DNA of 64,000 nt from Candidatus Omnitrophota bacterium. Its GTDB lineage: Bacteria; Omnitrophota; Omnitrophia; Omnitrophales; Aquincolibacteriaceae. The notes under the pieces are model-generated. The model searched no databases, was not told the origin of the DNA, and saw only the letters and a list, made by a program, of their open reading frames with translations. Location: assembly GCA_043803685.1 (NCBI GenBank), contig JAZDJU010000005.1, positions 1 through 64,000 of the forward strand, read 5' to 3'. Below are positions 9,039 to 19,648 of this stretch, one piece after another; within the stretch, counting starts at the first letter, position 1; each line of letters starts with the position of its first letter. A program made the position numbers and the translations under genes.

Positions 9039-10145
9039 GTGGCGAATGTTACCTTAAAGAATCTTTCGAAGGTCTATAAAGACGGCGTTCGCGCGGTCAA
9101 TAATGTCTCCCTGGAAATAGCCGACCGGGAGTTCGTGGTGTTGGTCGGTCCCTCGGGTTGCGGAAAATCCACAACACTTCGTATGGTCGCCGGACTTGAG
9201 GATATCACCGAGGGCGAAATCTTTATCGAAAACGTCCTGGTCAATCATGTTCCTGCGAAGAATCGTGATATTGCGATGGTGTTCCAGAATTACGCGCTTT
9301 ATCCCCACATGACCGTTTATGAGAATCTCGCCTTTGGCCTGAAGCTCCGCCGCTATCCGAATAAAGAAATCGAGCGACGCGTCCATGAATCCGCTGAGAT
9401 CTTGGGGTTGACCATGGAAATGCTGAAACGCCGTCCCAAAGAGCTTTCGGGCGGAGAACGCCAACGTGTCGCGGTGGGGCGCGCGATCGTCCGCAAACCG
9501 AAGGTTTTTCTCTTTGATGAACCGTTGAGTAATCTGGATGCTAAATTGCGGGTTCAGATGCGTATGGAACTTCAGAAACTGCATAATCGTCTCCAATCGA
9601 CCATGATCTATGTGACCCATGATCAGGTTGAGGCTTTGACTCTCGGGGACCGGATCGTGGTGATGCATCACGGATTGGTGCAGCAGGTGGCGGATCCCGT
9701 CAACCTTTACGAGCGTCCTCATAATAAATTCGTGGCCGGATTTATCGGTTCTCCACCGATGAATTTTCTCAAAGGTACGATCCTTGCGGAAGATGGGGAC
9801 TATTATTTTCAGGACCGGAGCATTAAATTGCGTATCTTGCCGCATTTTTATTCCCGCATTGCCCAGTATAAGGGCCAAACTCTCACGATGGGCATACGGC
9901 CTGAGGACATCTACGATAAAATTTTTGCCCAGGACGCGCGTCCGGAGTTTACGATCACGGCAACGGTCGATGTGGTGGAGCCCATGGGTTCCGAGATCTA
10001 TCTGTATTTGACGTGCGGCGCCAACAATTTTGTGGTGCGCGTTTCCAATCAAGATACGGCGGCCATGAATCAAGATCTCCAGGTGGTGTTTGACATGAGC
10101 AAGGCGCTCTTTTTTGATCCTCAAACAGGCGTTGCTATTTCATAA
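9039..10145 (+). CDS. Carbohydrate ABC transporter ATP-binding protein (UgpC/MalK/MsmX family)
   Basis: GPSGCGKST, VFQNYALYPHM, LSGGERQR, DEPLSNLDAKLR, C-terminal TOBE/OB region. Confidence 0.95.
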   Translation: MANVTLKNLSKVYKDGVRAVNNVSLEIADREFVVLVGPSGCGKSTTLRMVAGLEDITEGEIFIENVLVNHVPAKNRDIAMVFQNYALYPHMTVYENLAFGLKLRRYPNKEIERRVHESAEILGLTMEMLKRRPKELSGGERQRVAVGRAIVRKPKVFLFDEPLSNLDAKLRVQMRMELQKLHNRLQSTMIYVTHDQVEALTLGDRIVVMHHGLVQQVADPVNLYERPHNKFVAGFIGSPPMNFLKGTILAEDGDYYFQDRSIKLRILPHFYSRIAQYKGQTLTMGIRPEDIYDKIFAQDARPEFTITATVDVVEPMGSEIYLYLTCGANNFVVRVSNQDTAAMNQDLQVVFDMSKALFFDPQTGVAIS

Positions 10146-10163
10146 GTGACAAAGATCTAAACT

Positions 10164-11609
10164 ATGGGCTCACGGACCCGACGTCAGATTGCGTTTGCGT
10201 TCGGCCTTGGAACTGTTTTTCTTCTCACCTATCTTCTCATCTACTCGCTGGTCCAGCTCAAGAACTCCGAAGTTCCCGAGATCTATTTCCAGCGGATCGC
10301 AGTGCTTTTGACAGCTTTTTCGATCCCCTTGTTCACGACCTGGTGGCGCTTCAAATGGCCCGGTGTGAATATCCTGCTATGGGTCTTTCTTGTGCCGCTT
10401 GCCTTTTTCGTCGTTTCGATCACCAAGACACCTGTGTTTCTATGGATCTTTTTGCCCTTCGGGCTCATTCTGGCGGTCCTTTTCCGCACCGAACGCCAAT
10501 TTGAGAATCTCATCGCGATGATCGGGATCGAACAGGAGAAATGCGAGGATGAGTCCAATAATCTCGCAATTGCCTTTAAGGCCAAAGGAGAGGGGATCAG
10601 CACTTTTTTTGAAAAGTATTCCACTTATTATAATCTTCGCAAACTGGCCGAGGAGCTGACGGTCAGTCTCTCGTGGGCCGACCTTGCGCAAAAGACGGTC
10701 GATCGAGCGATGGATTTCATTCCGCGCGGGGATTTCTCGAAGGTCGCGTTTGCGCACGGGGAGGAGCGGAAACTTCCGATCGTCGCACGGCGGCGTCTCC
10801 GTCCAGTCGGCAACTGGAGTGCGAAACAAGGGGATATGTTCGATTTTTGGTGTATCAAGAACCGCAAGCGGTTGATCATCATGGATACGCAAGAGGATTT
10901 TCGATTTGCCCTGACGGATGCCGAAAAGAAAGACAACGTGCGTAGCTTGATCGTTGCGCCGCTTTTTCACGAGGGGCGTGTTGCCGGGACGCTTGCCATT
11001 CACGCGGCGCGTCCGAACATTTTTAGTCATGATGACCTGCGGCTTCTGGACGCGATCGCGACCCTGGCGTCTTCCGCCATCTCGAACGCGATGTTGTATG
11101 CGAAGACTGAAGAGCTAGCGATCAAGGATTCTTTGACGGGACTTTTTGTGAGGCGATATTTCTACGAACGTCTGAAGGAAGAGCATCGTCGCGCGCTGCT
11201 GAATCAAAAGAACCTTTCGTTCCTCATGTGCGACTTGGACCATTTTAAGGAATGCAACGATCATTTCGGTCACCAGGGCGGTGATCTTATGCTGATCCAG
11301 TTTGCGGAGATCCTCCGGCAGAACCTCAAAGGATCGCTCCTGGCGCGTTATGGAGGCGAAGAATTCGCCATTCTGTTGCCTGAAACGACCAAAATCGAGG
11401 CGGCAAAAGTTGCGGAAATGATCCGTAAGGCGGTTGAAAAATCTTCGTTCAATATCCGTCGAGAGGCCGTGACAATGACCGTTTCGATCGGTGTCTCCAA
11501 TCTTCCGGATGACACGTTGGATTCCGAGAACCTTGTGCTACAAGCCGATCAGGCCCTTTATCGGGCGAAACGAGAAGGGAGAAACCGCGTATGCGTCGCT
11601 CCGTCCTGA
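10164..11609 (+). CDS. Membrane GAF-GGDEF diguanylate cyclase
   Basis: About 4 N-terminal TM helices, GAF, DSLTG, DLDHFK, RYGGEEF; no RxxD I-site. Confidence 0.9.
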   Translation: MGSRTRRQIAFAFGLGTVFLLTYLLIYSLVQLKNSEVPEIYFQRIAVLLTAFSIPLFTTWWRFKWPGVNILLWVFLVPLAFFVVSITKTPVFLWIFLPFGLILAVLFRTERQFENLIAMIGIEQEKCEDESNNLAIAFKAKGEGISTFFEKYSTYYNLRKLAEELTVSLSWADLAQKTVDRAMDFIPRGDFSKVAFAHGEERKLPIVARRRLRPVGNWSAKQGDMFDFWCIKNRKRLIIMDTQEDFRFALTDAEKKDNVRSLIVAPLFHEGRVAGTLAIHAARPNIFSHDDLRLLDAIATLASSAISNAMLYAKTEELAIKDSLTGLFVRRYFYERLKEEHRRALLNQKNLSFLMCDLDHFKECNDHFGHQGGDLMLIQFAEILRQNLKGSLLARYGGEEFAILLPETTKIEAAKVAEMIRKAVEKSSFNIRREAVTMTVSIGVSNLPDDTLDSENLVLQADQALYRAKREGRNRVCVAPS

Positions 11610-12973
11610 TCCTTGTTTCGCTTGGCGTGGCGGTACTCTTTGTGGTTTGGCAATCCCAAGAGGTCTCTTTGTCTTATTATCTTCTCTCGACACTTTGGTT
11701 GTTGCCGCTCTATTATTTTTTTAAAGAAAAAACTTACGGTCTTTTGGCGGCTGCGGTGTTGGGGGTTTGCGCGCTTCACGCGTGGTTCTTTGTCGGCAAT
11801 CCGCATCTTCGGGTCGCCGGACTGTGGGTTGTTCAAGTGCTTCTTTTTTTGGGGTTTTGTTATTACTACGAAGAGTTGAAACGTTTTCTGGACCGCGCTC
11901 AGGAGTCCAAAGAGAGTGTTCGGAAAAGTCTGGAATCGTTTCAAGTCAAATATCAGACCCGGTTGAGTAGTCTTCGTCATCTGGAAGTCCAAGTGAGCAG
12001 TCTTATGAATCTCTTCGAGATCGCCCGCGATTTTAGCGAGTGCATGGATTTTTCTACTTTGGCGGAATTTCTCCTGAAAAAACTGCGTTCGGAACTTGCG
12101 TTTGAAAAAATGCAGATATTTGTTGTGCCGCATTTTATTCTCGGGAAGGATTCTGGACCAGTGAAGGTCTATTCGATGTTGCCCGAAGGTGTGCAAGAGG
12201 AGGCGCGAGCTCTCACAGACCAGGAGACAGAGGATTTTATGGCCATGACCCTTGCCAAAACCATGGTGCGCCGCGAGGAGCGTTGGTGTTTTCCGATCAT
12301 GGAAGGCAACGAGGTTAGTGCTGTTTTTGAGATCCACGGGATCAAAGAAGAGGATCTGGCGCGTGTGGAGGTCTTGACCGCTTATCTCGTGCTGTTGATC
12401 AAGAAGATCACGCTTTATGAGACGGTGCGGGAGTTAGCGATCGTGGACGAATTGACGCAAGTTTTCGTGCGCCATCACTTTCTTGAGCGTTTGGAGGAAG
12501 AACTGCGCAGAAGTATCCGTTTTCAGTTGCCCTTGACGGTATTAATGTTAGACATCGATCATTTCAAAAGATATAATGACGACTTCGGGCACTTGGTCGG
12601 GGACGCTACGCTGAAGGAAGTGTCGGATTTGCTAAAAAAGAATTTGCGTCGCGTCGATCTTGTGGGCCGCTATGGTGGGGAAGAGTTCGTGGTGGCCATG
12701 CCGGAGACCCGGGTCGCTAATGCCGCCGAAGTCGCCGAGCGTATTCGGTCCAGTATTGCCCGGCACGATTTCCAGGTCTACAATGTCAGGACCAAAGTGA
12801 CTGTCAGTCAGGGGATTACGGTATTTGGGGGCGAAATTGCATCTCAAGTCGATCCCGTCGATGTAAAAGCTCTTGCTGCTGAGTTGATACGGAAAGCAGA
12901 CGAAGCCATGTATCGTGCCAAAGATGAAGGCCGTAATCGGGTTTGTTTGGATAAAGATATTAAGGGATCGTGA
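11591..12973 (+). CDS. Membrane GGDEF diguanylate cyclase (degenerate GAF-like middle)
   Basis: N-terminal TMs, coiled coil, DIDHFK, RRVD-LVGRY-GGEEF (I-site present). Confidence 0.9.
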   Translation: MRRSVLILVSLGVAVLFVVWQSQEVSLSYYLLSTLWLLPLYYFFKEKTYGLLAAAVLGVCALHAWFFVGNPHLRVAGLWVVQVLLFLGFCYYYEELKRFLDRAQESKESVRKSLESFQVKYQTRLSSLRHLEVQVSSLMNLFEIARDFSECMDFSTLAEFLLKKLRSELAFEKMQIFVVPHFILGKDSGPVKVYSMLPEGVQEEARALTDQETEDFMAMTLAKTMVRREERWCFPIMEGNEVSAVFEIHGIKEEDLARVEVLTAYLVLLIKKITLYETVRELAIVDELTQVFVRHHFLERLEEELRRSIRFQLPLTVLMLDIDHFKRYNDDFGHLVGDATLKEVSDLLKKNLRRVDLVGRYGGEEFVVAMPETRVANAAEVAERIRSSIARHDFQVYNVRTKVTVSQGITVFGGEIASQVDPVDVKALAAELIRKADEAMYRAKDEGRNRVCLDKDIKGS

Positions 12974-12974
12974 G

Positions 12975-15431
12975 ATGCTTCCAATGATGACCTCCGGAAA
13001 ATCAAAGTCCGTCGCCATAGTTTTTTTTCTTTCGTTGCTCCTGTCGATTCCTTCCGTGTGCGCTGCAGAATCCACTAAAGACGCGGTGCCTTCCAAGAGC
13101 TCCGGAAAAGCCGCAAGTCGAGATCTTCCCATAAAGAATATTTTTGATTCAAGCGATTCGAAGGTCGAAGCGGTGGCAGATAGCCTGGAATATTCTAAAG
13201 ATTCCAAAAAAATGATCGCCCGCGGCAATGCCGTCATCACTTACCAGAAAACCCGCATCCTCGCTGATTATGCAGAAGTTGAGACTGACGCCAAAAAGGC
13301 TTACGCAAAAGGGCACGTGATGATCTTCCAGGGGGATGCGCCGCGTCTCCAGGGCGAGGAGATCTATTATGATTTTGGAAATCATACGGGGAGTTTTCCG
13401 AACGCACGAGCCATGAACGATCCTTGGTATGCCAAGGGAGCGGATATTCGCCAGATCCGTGAAGGCGTGGATAAGATCCAGAATGGAAGTGTGACGACGT
13501 GTAATCTTGAAAAACCCCATTACGAGATACGTAGCAAAAAAGCGACTCTTTATGTCGATGAAAAGATCGTGATGTATAGTGTCACCATCCGCGTGTTGGG
13601 CAAGCCGGTGTTCTGGCTTCCTATGCTGAATGTTCCTCTGAATTGGCCTAGCATACCCGTTCAAGTCAACCAGGGGTATAGCAAAAAGAACGGTGTTTAT
13701 TTTGGCCTCATGAAGGGCGTGACCCTGAATAAGCACTTGTGGGGCAAGGCGATGGTGGATTGGCGTCAGAAGCGGGGTATTGGAGGCGGGTGGAAGCAGT
13801 ACTATCATTACGGAAAGTGGGCCAGGGGCAATATCAAGCTTTACTGGACGCAAGACAAAAAAGCGCCGACGATGAATTACATTGATCCGGCGACTGGGCA
13901 GGCAGGCAATCCCTTTGACCGGCTTGAAGAGCGCAAACACGGGCGTGGAGAGATCACCTGGCGTCACCGGACAGATCTTGATGATAAGACGAGCGTCTTG
14001 CTCCGCTATCAACGTCTTTCCGACCCCTATTTTTTGCAGGAATTCTTTGAAAGAGAATATCGCGGGGATATCCAACCTCATTCCTTTGTGACGACCACGC
14101 GTAATGCCGAACGCTATGGGGCTATGATCCATCTTGAGAAAAAGATGAATAGCTATGAGACCATGGTCGAGCGCCTGCCGGAAGTGAGGCTTGATTGGAA
14201 AAATCAGCCTTTCTACAAACAGCTTGTCTACAACGAAAGTCGAGTTCAATTTGACAGTCTGAAGTTGTTCTCGACGCCTTATTCCAACAATCACAAGTCC
14301 GCGGTTCGCACAGACGCTTACAGCCGCTGGTACATGCCGCTCAAGTGGAATGATTTTAGTTTCACTCCCTATGCAGGATATCGCGGAACGGAATATAGCC
14401 AACAATACAGCTCCAATGCTTCACGGTACCGGAATGTCATTGATTACGGTGCTGATCTCCGCACACATTTCTACAAGACGCATGATGTCTCTTTCGAAAA
14501 GATGGGGATCGAGATCAATCAATTGCGTCACATCGCGGTGCCGAGCCTTGGGTTCCAGGGAGCGACTTCGACCGTCAATCGTGAAAAACTGATCCATTTC
14601 GATACGGTCGACATGGTCGACGATGCCGCAAAACTCGTGTTGGGCTTGGAGAACCGGCTTCAGACGAAAAGGGTTGTCGGTGGAAAAATGCGGCGCGTGG
14701 ATGTCGTGAGTTTGAACACCTATCTTTTTTATGACATGATACCGTCCTTCGAGAATCCTTACCAAAAGGGACCTCGTTTTTCAACGCTTGAGAACAAGCT
14801 GATCCTTAGGCCCTACGAGTGGCTTGAGACCCAAACGCGCGTTCAGTTCGATTTTGCCAGTCATTACCTCAAACGGACCGATCAGGATTTTATTGTTCGA
14901 AAGGGGAAATGGCGATTTATTTTTGGTTACAGTCAGGTGCATGATTTTTATGATTATCTTACGGATGTGGCGGTTCAAAAGAGCCAGCAGTTCATCATCG
15001 ACGCTCGGTACAAGATCAATCCTCTGTGGATGGCGGGGGGATATATCCGTTGGGATACCGCGGACCGGACTCGATTGAATGATGTTACGTGGAACAACAA
15101 TATGAATAGCGTGACGAACGGCTCCCAAGGTTACGGGATCCAGGAATGGGAACTTTCGGCTATTCGGGATCTTCACGATTTCTTGCTTGAATTCGGCCTG
15201 AATTCGCGACATTCGCTAGCCGACAGTACCAGCAATAACAAGAACAAGATGAACTATACTGTCTTCGCAAAATTCTCGATGAAAGGACTTCCTGTCGCTC
15301 TAGGCCAGAGCGGACAGACGCCTTTTTGCGCGCCGCGCATCGGTGAAACGGTGGCTGGGTCCAATGAGAGCGGCGGCTTGTTCGATGCGCCGATGCTGCC
15401 CGGAGACAATCAACTTCTTACCCCTCGCTAG
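12975..15431 (+). CDS. lptD: LptD-like LPS assembly outer-membrane protein
   Basis: Signal peptide, OstA-like N-domain (ADSLEY..ARGNAVI), TTCN..PHY, PVFWLP, long aromatic-rich beta-barrel; start approximate. Confidence 0.75.
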   Translation: MLPMMTSGKSKSVAIVFFLSLLLSIPSVCAAESTKDAVPSKSSGKAASRDLPIKNIFDSSDSKVEAVADSLEYSKDSKKMIARGNAVITYQKTRILADYAEVETDAKKAYAKGHVMIFQGDAPRLQGEEIYYDFGNHTGSFPNARAMNDPWYAKGADIRQIREGVDKIQNGSVTTCNLEKPHYEIRSKKATLYVDEKIVMYSVTIRVLGKPVFWLPMLNVPLNWPSIPVQVNQGYSKKNGVYFGLMKGVTLNKHLWGKAMVDWRQKRGIGGGWKQYYHYGKWARGNIKLYWTQDKKAPTMNYIDPATGQAGNPFDRLEERKHGRGEITWRHRTDLDDKTSVLLRYQRLSDPYFLQEFFEREYRGDIQPHSFVTTTRNAERYGAMIHLEKKMNSYETMVERLPEVRLDWKNQPFYKQLVYNESRVQFDSLKLFSTPYSNNHKSAVRTDAYSRWYMPLKWNDFSFTPYAGYRGTEYSQQYSSNASRYRNVIDYGADLRTHFYKTHDVSFEKMGIEINQLRHIAVPSLGFQGATSTVNREKLIHFDTVDMVDDAAKLVLGLENRLQTKRVVGGKMRRVDVVSLNTYLFYDMIPSFENPYQKGPRFSTLENKLILRPYEWLETQTRVQFDFASHYLKRTDQDFIVRKGKWRFIFGYSQVHDFYDYLTDVAVQKSQQFIIDARYKINPLWMAGGYIRWDTADRTRLNDVTWNNNMNSVTNGSQGYGIQEWELSAIRDLHDFLLEFGLNSRHSLADSTSNNKNKMNYTVFAKFSMKGLPVALGQSGQTPFCAPRIGETVAGSNESGGLFDAPMLPGDNQLLTPR

Positions 15432-15484
15432 CCTGTGAGGCTCGCGATCCATACAATCAACGGCATTTGCCAAGGTGCAAATCT

Positions 15485-16783
15485 ATGAAGATCGGGATCA
15501 TTGGTTCGGGATATGTGGGTCTTGTGACAGGGGCCTGCCTTGCGCATCTGGGGCATAGGGTCACTTGCGTGGATCAGGATAACGCTAAGATCCGGACACT
15601 CATAAAAGGGAAGATCCCCTTTTATGAGCCCGGGCTTATGGAAATGGTGATGGAGAATGTGGCGGCCAAGCGGTTATCGTTCACCACCGAGATCGCCAGG
15701 ATCGTGAACGTCTGCGAAGTGCTTTTTATTTGTGTCAATACGCCCCCCAAGCCCAACGGCGAGGCGGATCTGAGCTTTGTGGAGACGGTCGCAAAACAGA
15801 TCGCGACCCATCTTCGAAAATATTGTTTGGTCGTCGAGAAGAGCACGGTCCCTGTCGAAACGGGAGAGTGGGTGCGGCGGTCGATCAAGCACTATGTCAA
15901 AAAGGACGTCCAGTTCGATGTCGCTTCGAACCCGGAATTTCTGCGCGAGGGATCGGCGATCCATGACTTTCTCCAACCGGACCGCATTGTGATCGGCGTT
16001 TCAAGCGAGCGGGCAGAGAAGATCTTCCGGACGCTCTACAGTCCGCTCAAGGCTCCGATCATCGTGACGGACATCAAGAGCGCCGAGCTTATCAAGCATG
16101 CCGCCAATTCGTTTCTCGCGACCAAAATCTCGTTCACGAACGCGGTCTCCAAAATCTGTGACGCGGTGGGCGCGGATATTGAGAAGGTCGCTTTGGGGAT
16201 GGGGTTGGACGCGCGGATCGGCAAGCAGTTCCTCAAGGCGGGAATCGGGTTTGGCGGTTCGTGTTTTCCCAAGGACGTGAGCGCTTTCCTGCATATTTCC
16301 GATAAATTGGGCGTCCGGTTCGAACTTCTTGCGGATGTGCTCAGGATCAACGATTCTCAGGCGAGATATTTCGTGGAGAAGATCAAAAATTCCATGAAGA
16401 CACTCCGGGGCAAGACGATCGGGGTGTTGGGGCTTGCATTCAAGCCGGACACGGACGATATGCGCTCGGCGCCGGCGATCCCGATCATTCAGATGCTCCA
16501 GAAGGAAGGTGCTCGTGTGCGGGCCTATGATCCCCAGGCGGCCTCAAAGGCTGCACCTTTGCTCCGCGATGTGGAGTACGTCGATACACCGTACGAGGTG
16601 AGTCACGGGGCCCATGCGATCGCGCTCCTTACGGAGTGGAGTGAATTTCTTAATCTGGACTGGGAGCAGCTTAAGAAATCCATGAAGGGCCGGTTCTTCT
16701 TCGATGGTCGTAACATGTTCTCGCCTTTGGAAATGAAGAAACGTGGTTTCCATTACTTCAGCGTCGGCAGGCCGTCGGCCTGA
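15485..16783 (+). CDS. ugd: UDP-glucose 6-dehydrogenase
   Basis: GSGYVG, EKSTVP, NPEFLREG, GFGGSCFPKD, GLAFKPDTDDMR. Confidence 0.93.
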   Translation: MKIGIIGSGYVGLVTGACLAHLGHRVTCVDQDNAKIRTLIKGKIPFYEPGLMEMVMENVAAKRLSFTTEIARIVNVCEVLFICVNTPPKPNGEADLSFVETVAKQIATHLRKYCLVVEKSTVPVETGEWVRRSIKHYVKKDVQFDVASNPEFLREGSAIHDFLQPDRIVIGVSSERAEKIFRTLYSPLKAPIIVTDIKSAELIKHAANSFLATKISFTNAVSKICDAVGADIEKVALGMGLDARIGKQFLKAGIGFGGSCFPKDVSAFLHISDKLGVRFELLADVLRINDSQARYFVEKIKNSMKTLRGKTIGVLGLAFKPDTDDMRSAPAIPIIQMLQKEGARVRAYDPQAASKAAPLLRDVEYVDTPYEVSHGAHAIALLTEWSEFLNLDWEQLKKSMKGRFFFDGRNMFSPLEMKKRGFHYFSVGRPSA

Positions 16784-16796
16784 GAAGGGGGTTCCG

Positions 16797-17528
16797 ATGA
16801 AGGGTGTCATCCTTGCAGGGGGCCTCGGTAGCCGCCTTTTTCCTCTCACCAAAGTTACTAACAAGCATCTTCTTCCGGTCTATAACAAGCCCATGATCTA
16901 CTATCCGATCGAGACGCTTGTGCGCGCCGGGGTTCGTGACATCCTGATCGTGACAGGCGGGAACTCTTCCGGAGATTTTCTCAAGCTTTTAGGGAACGGG
17001 AAACAATTTGGCCTGAAACACATCAATTATACCTATCAGGAAGGCGAAGGCGGTATCGCTCAGGCTTTGGGTCTTGCCGAGCATTTTGTAGGGAACGAGA
17101 AGGTCGTAGTGGTTCTGGGGGACAATATCATCCAGGCGGATATCACGCCGCACGTCCGAAGCTTTAGTGCACAGCCCGAAGGCGCGCGGCTTTTGCTGAA
17201 AAAAGTTCCGGACCCGGGGCGCTTTGGTGTGGCTACTTTAAAAAAAAACAAGATCGTCGAGATCGTCGAGAAGCCTAAGGTTCCCAAAAGTTCGTACGCG
17301 GTCATCGGGCTCTATATGTATGATGCCAAGGTCTTCAGCTTCATTAAAACGCTCAAGCCTTCGCGCCGGGGAGAATTGGAGATCACGGACGTGAACAACT
17401 GGTATCTCAAACGCGGCGCGCTTCAGCACGACATTTTGAATGGTTTTTGGACCGATGCCGGGCAATTTGAGTCCTTATATCGCGCCAATACCCTAGTGGC
17501 TCGCCAGGGGGGGTATCAGGACTCATGA
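16797..17528 (+). CDS. rmlA: Glucose-1-phosphate thymidylyltransferase (short RmlA/SpsI type)
   Basis: GVILAGGLGSRLFPLT..NKHLLPVY, LGDN, EKP, RGELEITD, WTDAG. Confidence 0.88.
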   Translation: MKGVILAGGLGSRLFPLTKVTNKHLLPVYNKPMIYYPIETLVRAGVRDILIVTGGNSSGDFLKLLGNGKQFGLKHINYTYQEGEGGIAQALGLAEHFVGNEKVVVVLGDNIIQADITPHVRSFSAQPEGARLLLKKVPDPGRFGVATLKKNKIVEIVEKPKVPKSSYAVIGLYMYDAKVFSFIKTLKPSRRGELEITDVNNWYLKRGALQHDILNGFWTDAGQFESLYRANTLVARQGGYQDS

Positions 17529-17610
17529 TTCTTCTTCATCAAAAAAAAGATGAGTTATCATGGCTGTCCAAGCCGCCATTCATGGAAAAGAAAATAAAGG
17601 CTTGGACGTC

Positions 17611-18591
17611 ATGAAACAGATTCTTGTGACGGGGGGCTGTGGCTTCATTGGATCAAATTTTATACGCTATTTCCTCGCGAATCGGCCGGCGTGGAAAGTT
17701 ATCAATCTCGATAAGTTGAGTTATTCTGGAAATCCCGCGAATCTCCGTGATTTGAAAGGTTCTTCCCGCTACAAGTTCGTGAAAGGTGACATCACGGACA
17801 AAAAGCTCGTTATGAAGCTTATGAAACAAGTGTCCGCGGTCGTACACTTTGCCGCTGAGACCCATGTGGACCGCTCCATCGAGAGTGCTGACGATTTTCT
17901 CGTGACGAATATCCTCGGGACGGCCGCGATGCTTGAGGCATCGCTTGCTTGCGCGATCCCTCGTTTCGTGCACATGTCGACCGATGAGGTCTACGGTTCG
18001 ATCTCTAAGGGATTTGCCGATGAGCGGGCGCCGCTTCTGCCGAACAGTCCGTATTCGGCGTCGAAGGCTGGAGCAGACCTTTTAGTGAGGTCTTTTCAGG
18101 AGACTTTCGATCATCCGGCCATGATCGTTCGATGTACGAACAATTTTGGTCCCTATCAATTTCCGGAAAAGGTCATACCGCTTTTCGTGACGAACCTTTT
18201 GGAGAATAAGACAGTTCCTCTCTACGGAAAAGGCAATAATCGGCGGGATTGGATCTATGTCGAGGACGCCTGCCGTGCCATTCTTTTGGTGCTCGAAAAG
18301 GGGAGGCCGGGCGAGATCTATAACGTGGGGGCGCACCATGAGATGAGCAATCTCGAGTTGACCCGGGCGATCTTGCGTCATTTCAAGAAGGGCAGGGAAA
18401 TGATCCGCAATGTGGCGGACCGTCTCGGACACGACCTCCGTTATGCTGTCAATTATAACAAGCTGAAACAGTTGGGCTTTCGTCCGCGTTGGAGTTTTGA
18501 AAAGGGACTTGCCGCGACGACGAGGTGGTATCGGGAAAATCAAGGTTGGTGGCGTCCGCTTAAACAGGATAAATACACGATGAAATCGTGA
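17611..18591 (+). CDS. rmlB: dTDP-glucose 4,6-dehydratase
   Basis: GGCGFIGSNF, HFAAETHVDRSI, STDEVYG, YSASK, GPYQFPEK. Confidence 0.95.
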   Translation: MKQILVTGGCGFIGSNFIRYFLANRPAWKVINLDKLSYSGNPANLRDLKGSSRYKFVKGDITDKKLVMKLMKQVSAVVHFAAETHVDRSIESADDFLVTNILGTAAMLEASLACAIPRFVHMSTDEVYGSISKGFADERAPLLPNSPYSASKAGADLLVRSFQETFDHPAMIVRCTNNFGPYQFPEKVIPLFVTNLLENKTVPLYGKGNNRRDWIYVEDACRAILLVLEKGRPGEIYNVGAHHEMSNLELTRAILRHFKKGREMIRNVADRLGHDLRYAVNYNKLKQLGFRPRWSFEKGLAATTRWYRENQGWWRPLKQDKYTMKS

Positions 18592-18670
18592 CGTCCCATG
18601 CTTTATTTTATTTCAAGAACAGCGAATTAGAGAGTCATCATTATCAACTCGTTTTCAGAACAGGGGCATT

Positions 18671-19648
18671 ATGACCGAACAACCTTTAAAGAAAATATTG
18701 ATCACCGGTGCTGGCGGCATGCTCGGAACCGATCTCGGGAATGTTCTGAAATCGGAATTCGAGATCGTGGGGCTTGAACGTCGTCCTGTGACGCACCTGA
18801 CCGTTCCTTACGATATTTGTGATCTGACGCAGGCCCGAAAAACGCGGGATACCATATTGAGTCACAAGCCGGATGTGATCGTTCATGCGGCCGCGATGAC
18901 CGATGTGGACTATTGTGAAGAGCACCAGGCTGAGGCTTTGGAGAACAACGTTACTGCGACCGAGCATGTAGTCAATGCAGCTAACGAGATCGATGTCCCC
19001 GTCATTTTTTTTAGCACGGACTATGTGTTTGACGGTAAGAAAAAGGAAGCCTATGTCGAAGCCGATACGCCTAATCCGGCCAGCTATTACGGTAAGACCA
19101 AAAGGATGGCGGAGATGAGTATTCTCCGAACGGCAAAACGGGCCACAATCTTGCGGATCTCTTGGTTGTTCGGTGTCTGGGGGCGTTGCTTTCCCAAAGC
19201 CATTTTGCGGCAAGCCGCAGAGATGCCATCCCTTAATGTGGTGGATGATCAGTGTGGTTGTCCGACGTGGACGTGGGATCTTGCGCAAATAATGCAAAAG
19301 ACGGTTTTCCGGACCTGGGGTATGTTGTTGAAAACGGGGGTCGAGATCTTTCATCTTGGAAATGCGGGGAGCGTTCATTGGGCGGATTATGCGCGATTTG
19401 TTCTCAGAGAGTCCGGGCTCAATGCTGTGGAGGTCAAGAACATCTCTAGTTCGGATCTGAAACGTCCCGCGCCTCGGCCGGCGAACTCGGTCCTTTCATT
19501 TGAGAAGTTTAGAAAAGCTTTCGGGATGGAACTGCGGTCATGGGAAGAGGCGACGCTTGAGTTTCTACCCATATTAAAGAAAGAAATGGCTGAGCAAGAA
19601 GCGAAGACGGCGGCCAAGGACGCGGAGAAGGAGAATCAGGCATCATGA
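18671..19648 (+). CDS. rmlD: dTDP-4-dehydrorhamnose reductase
   Basis: [41 protein letters not shown]. Confidence 0.9.
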   Translation: MTEQPLKKILITGAGGMLGTDLGNVLKSEFEIVGLERRPVTHLTVPYDICDLTQARKTRDTILSHKPDVIVHAAAMTDVDYCEEHQAEALENNVTATEHVVNAANEIDVPVIFFSTDYVFDGKKKEAYVEADTPNPASYYGKTKRMAEMSILRTAKRATILRISWLFGVWGRCFPKAILRQAAEMPSLNVVDDQCGCPTWTWDLAQIMQKTVFRTWGMLLKTGVEIFHLGNAGSVHWADYARFVLRESGLNAVEVKNISSSDLKRPAPRPANSVLSFEKFRKAFGMELRSWEEATLEFLPILKKEMAEQEAKTAAKDAEKENQAS

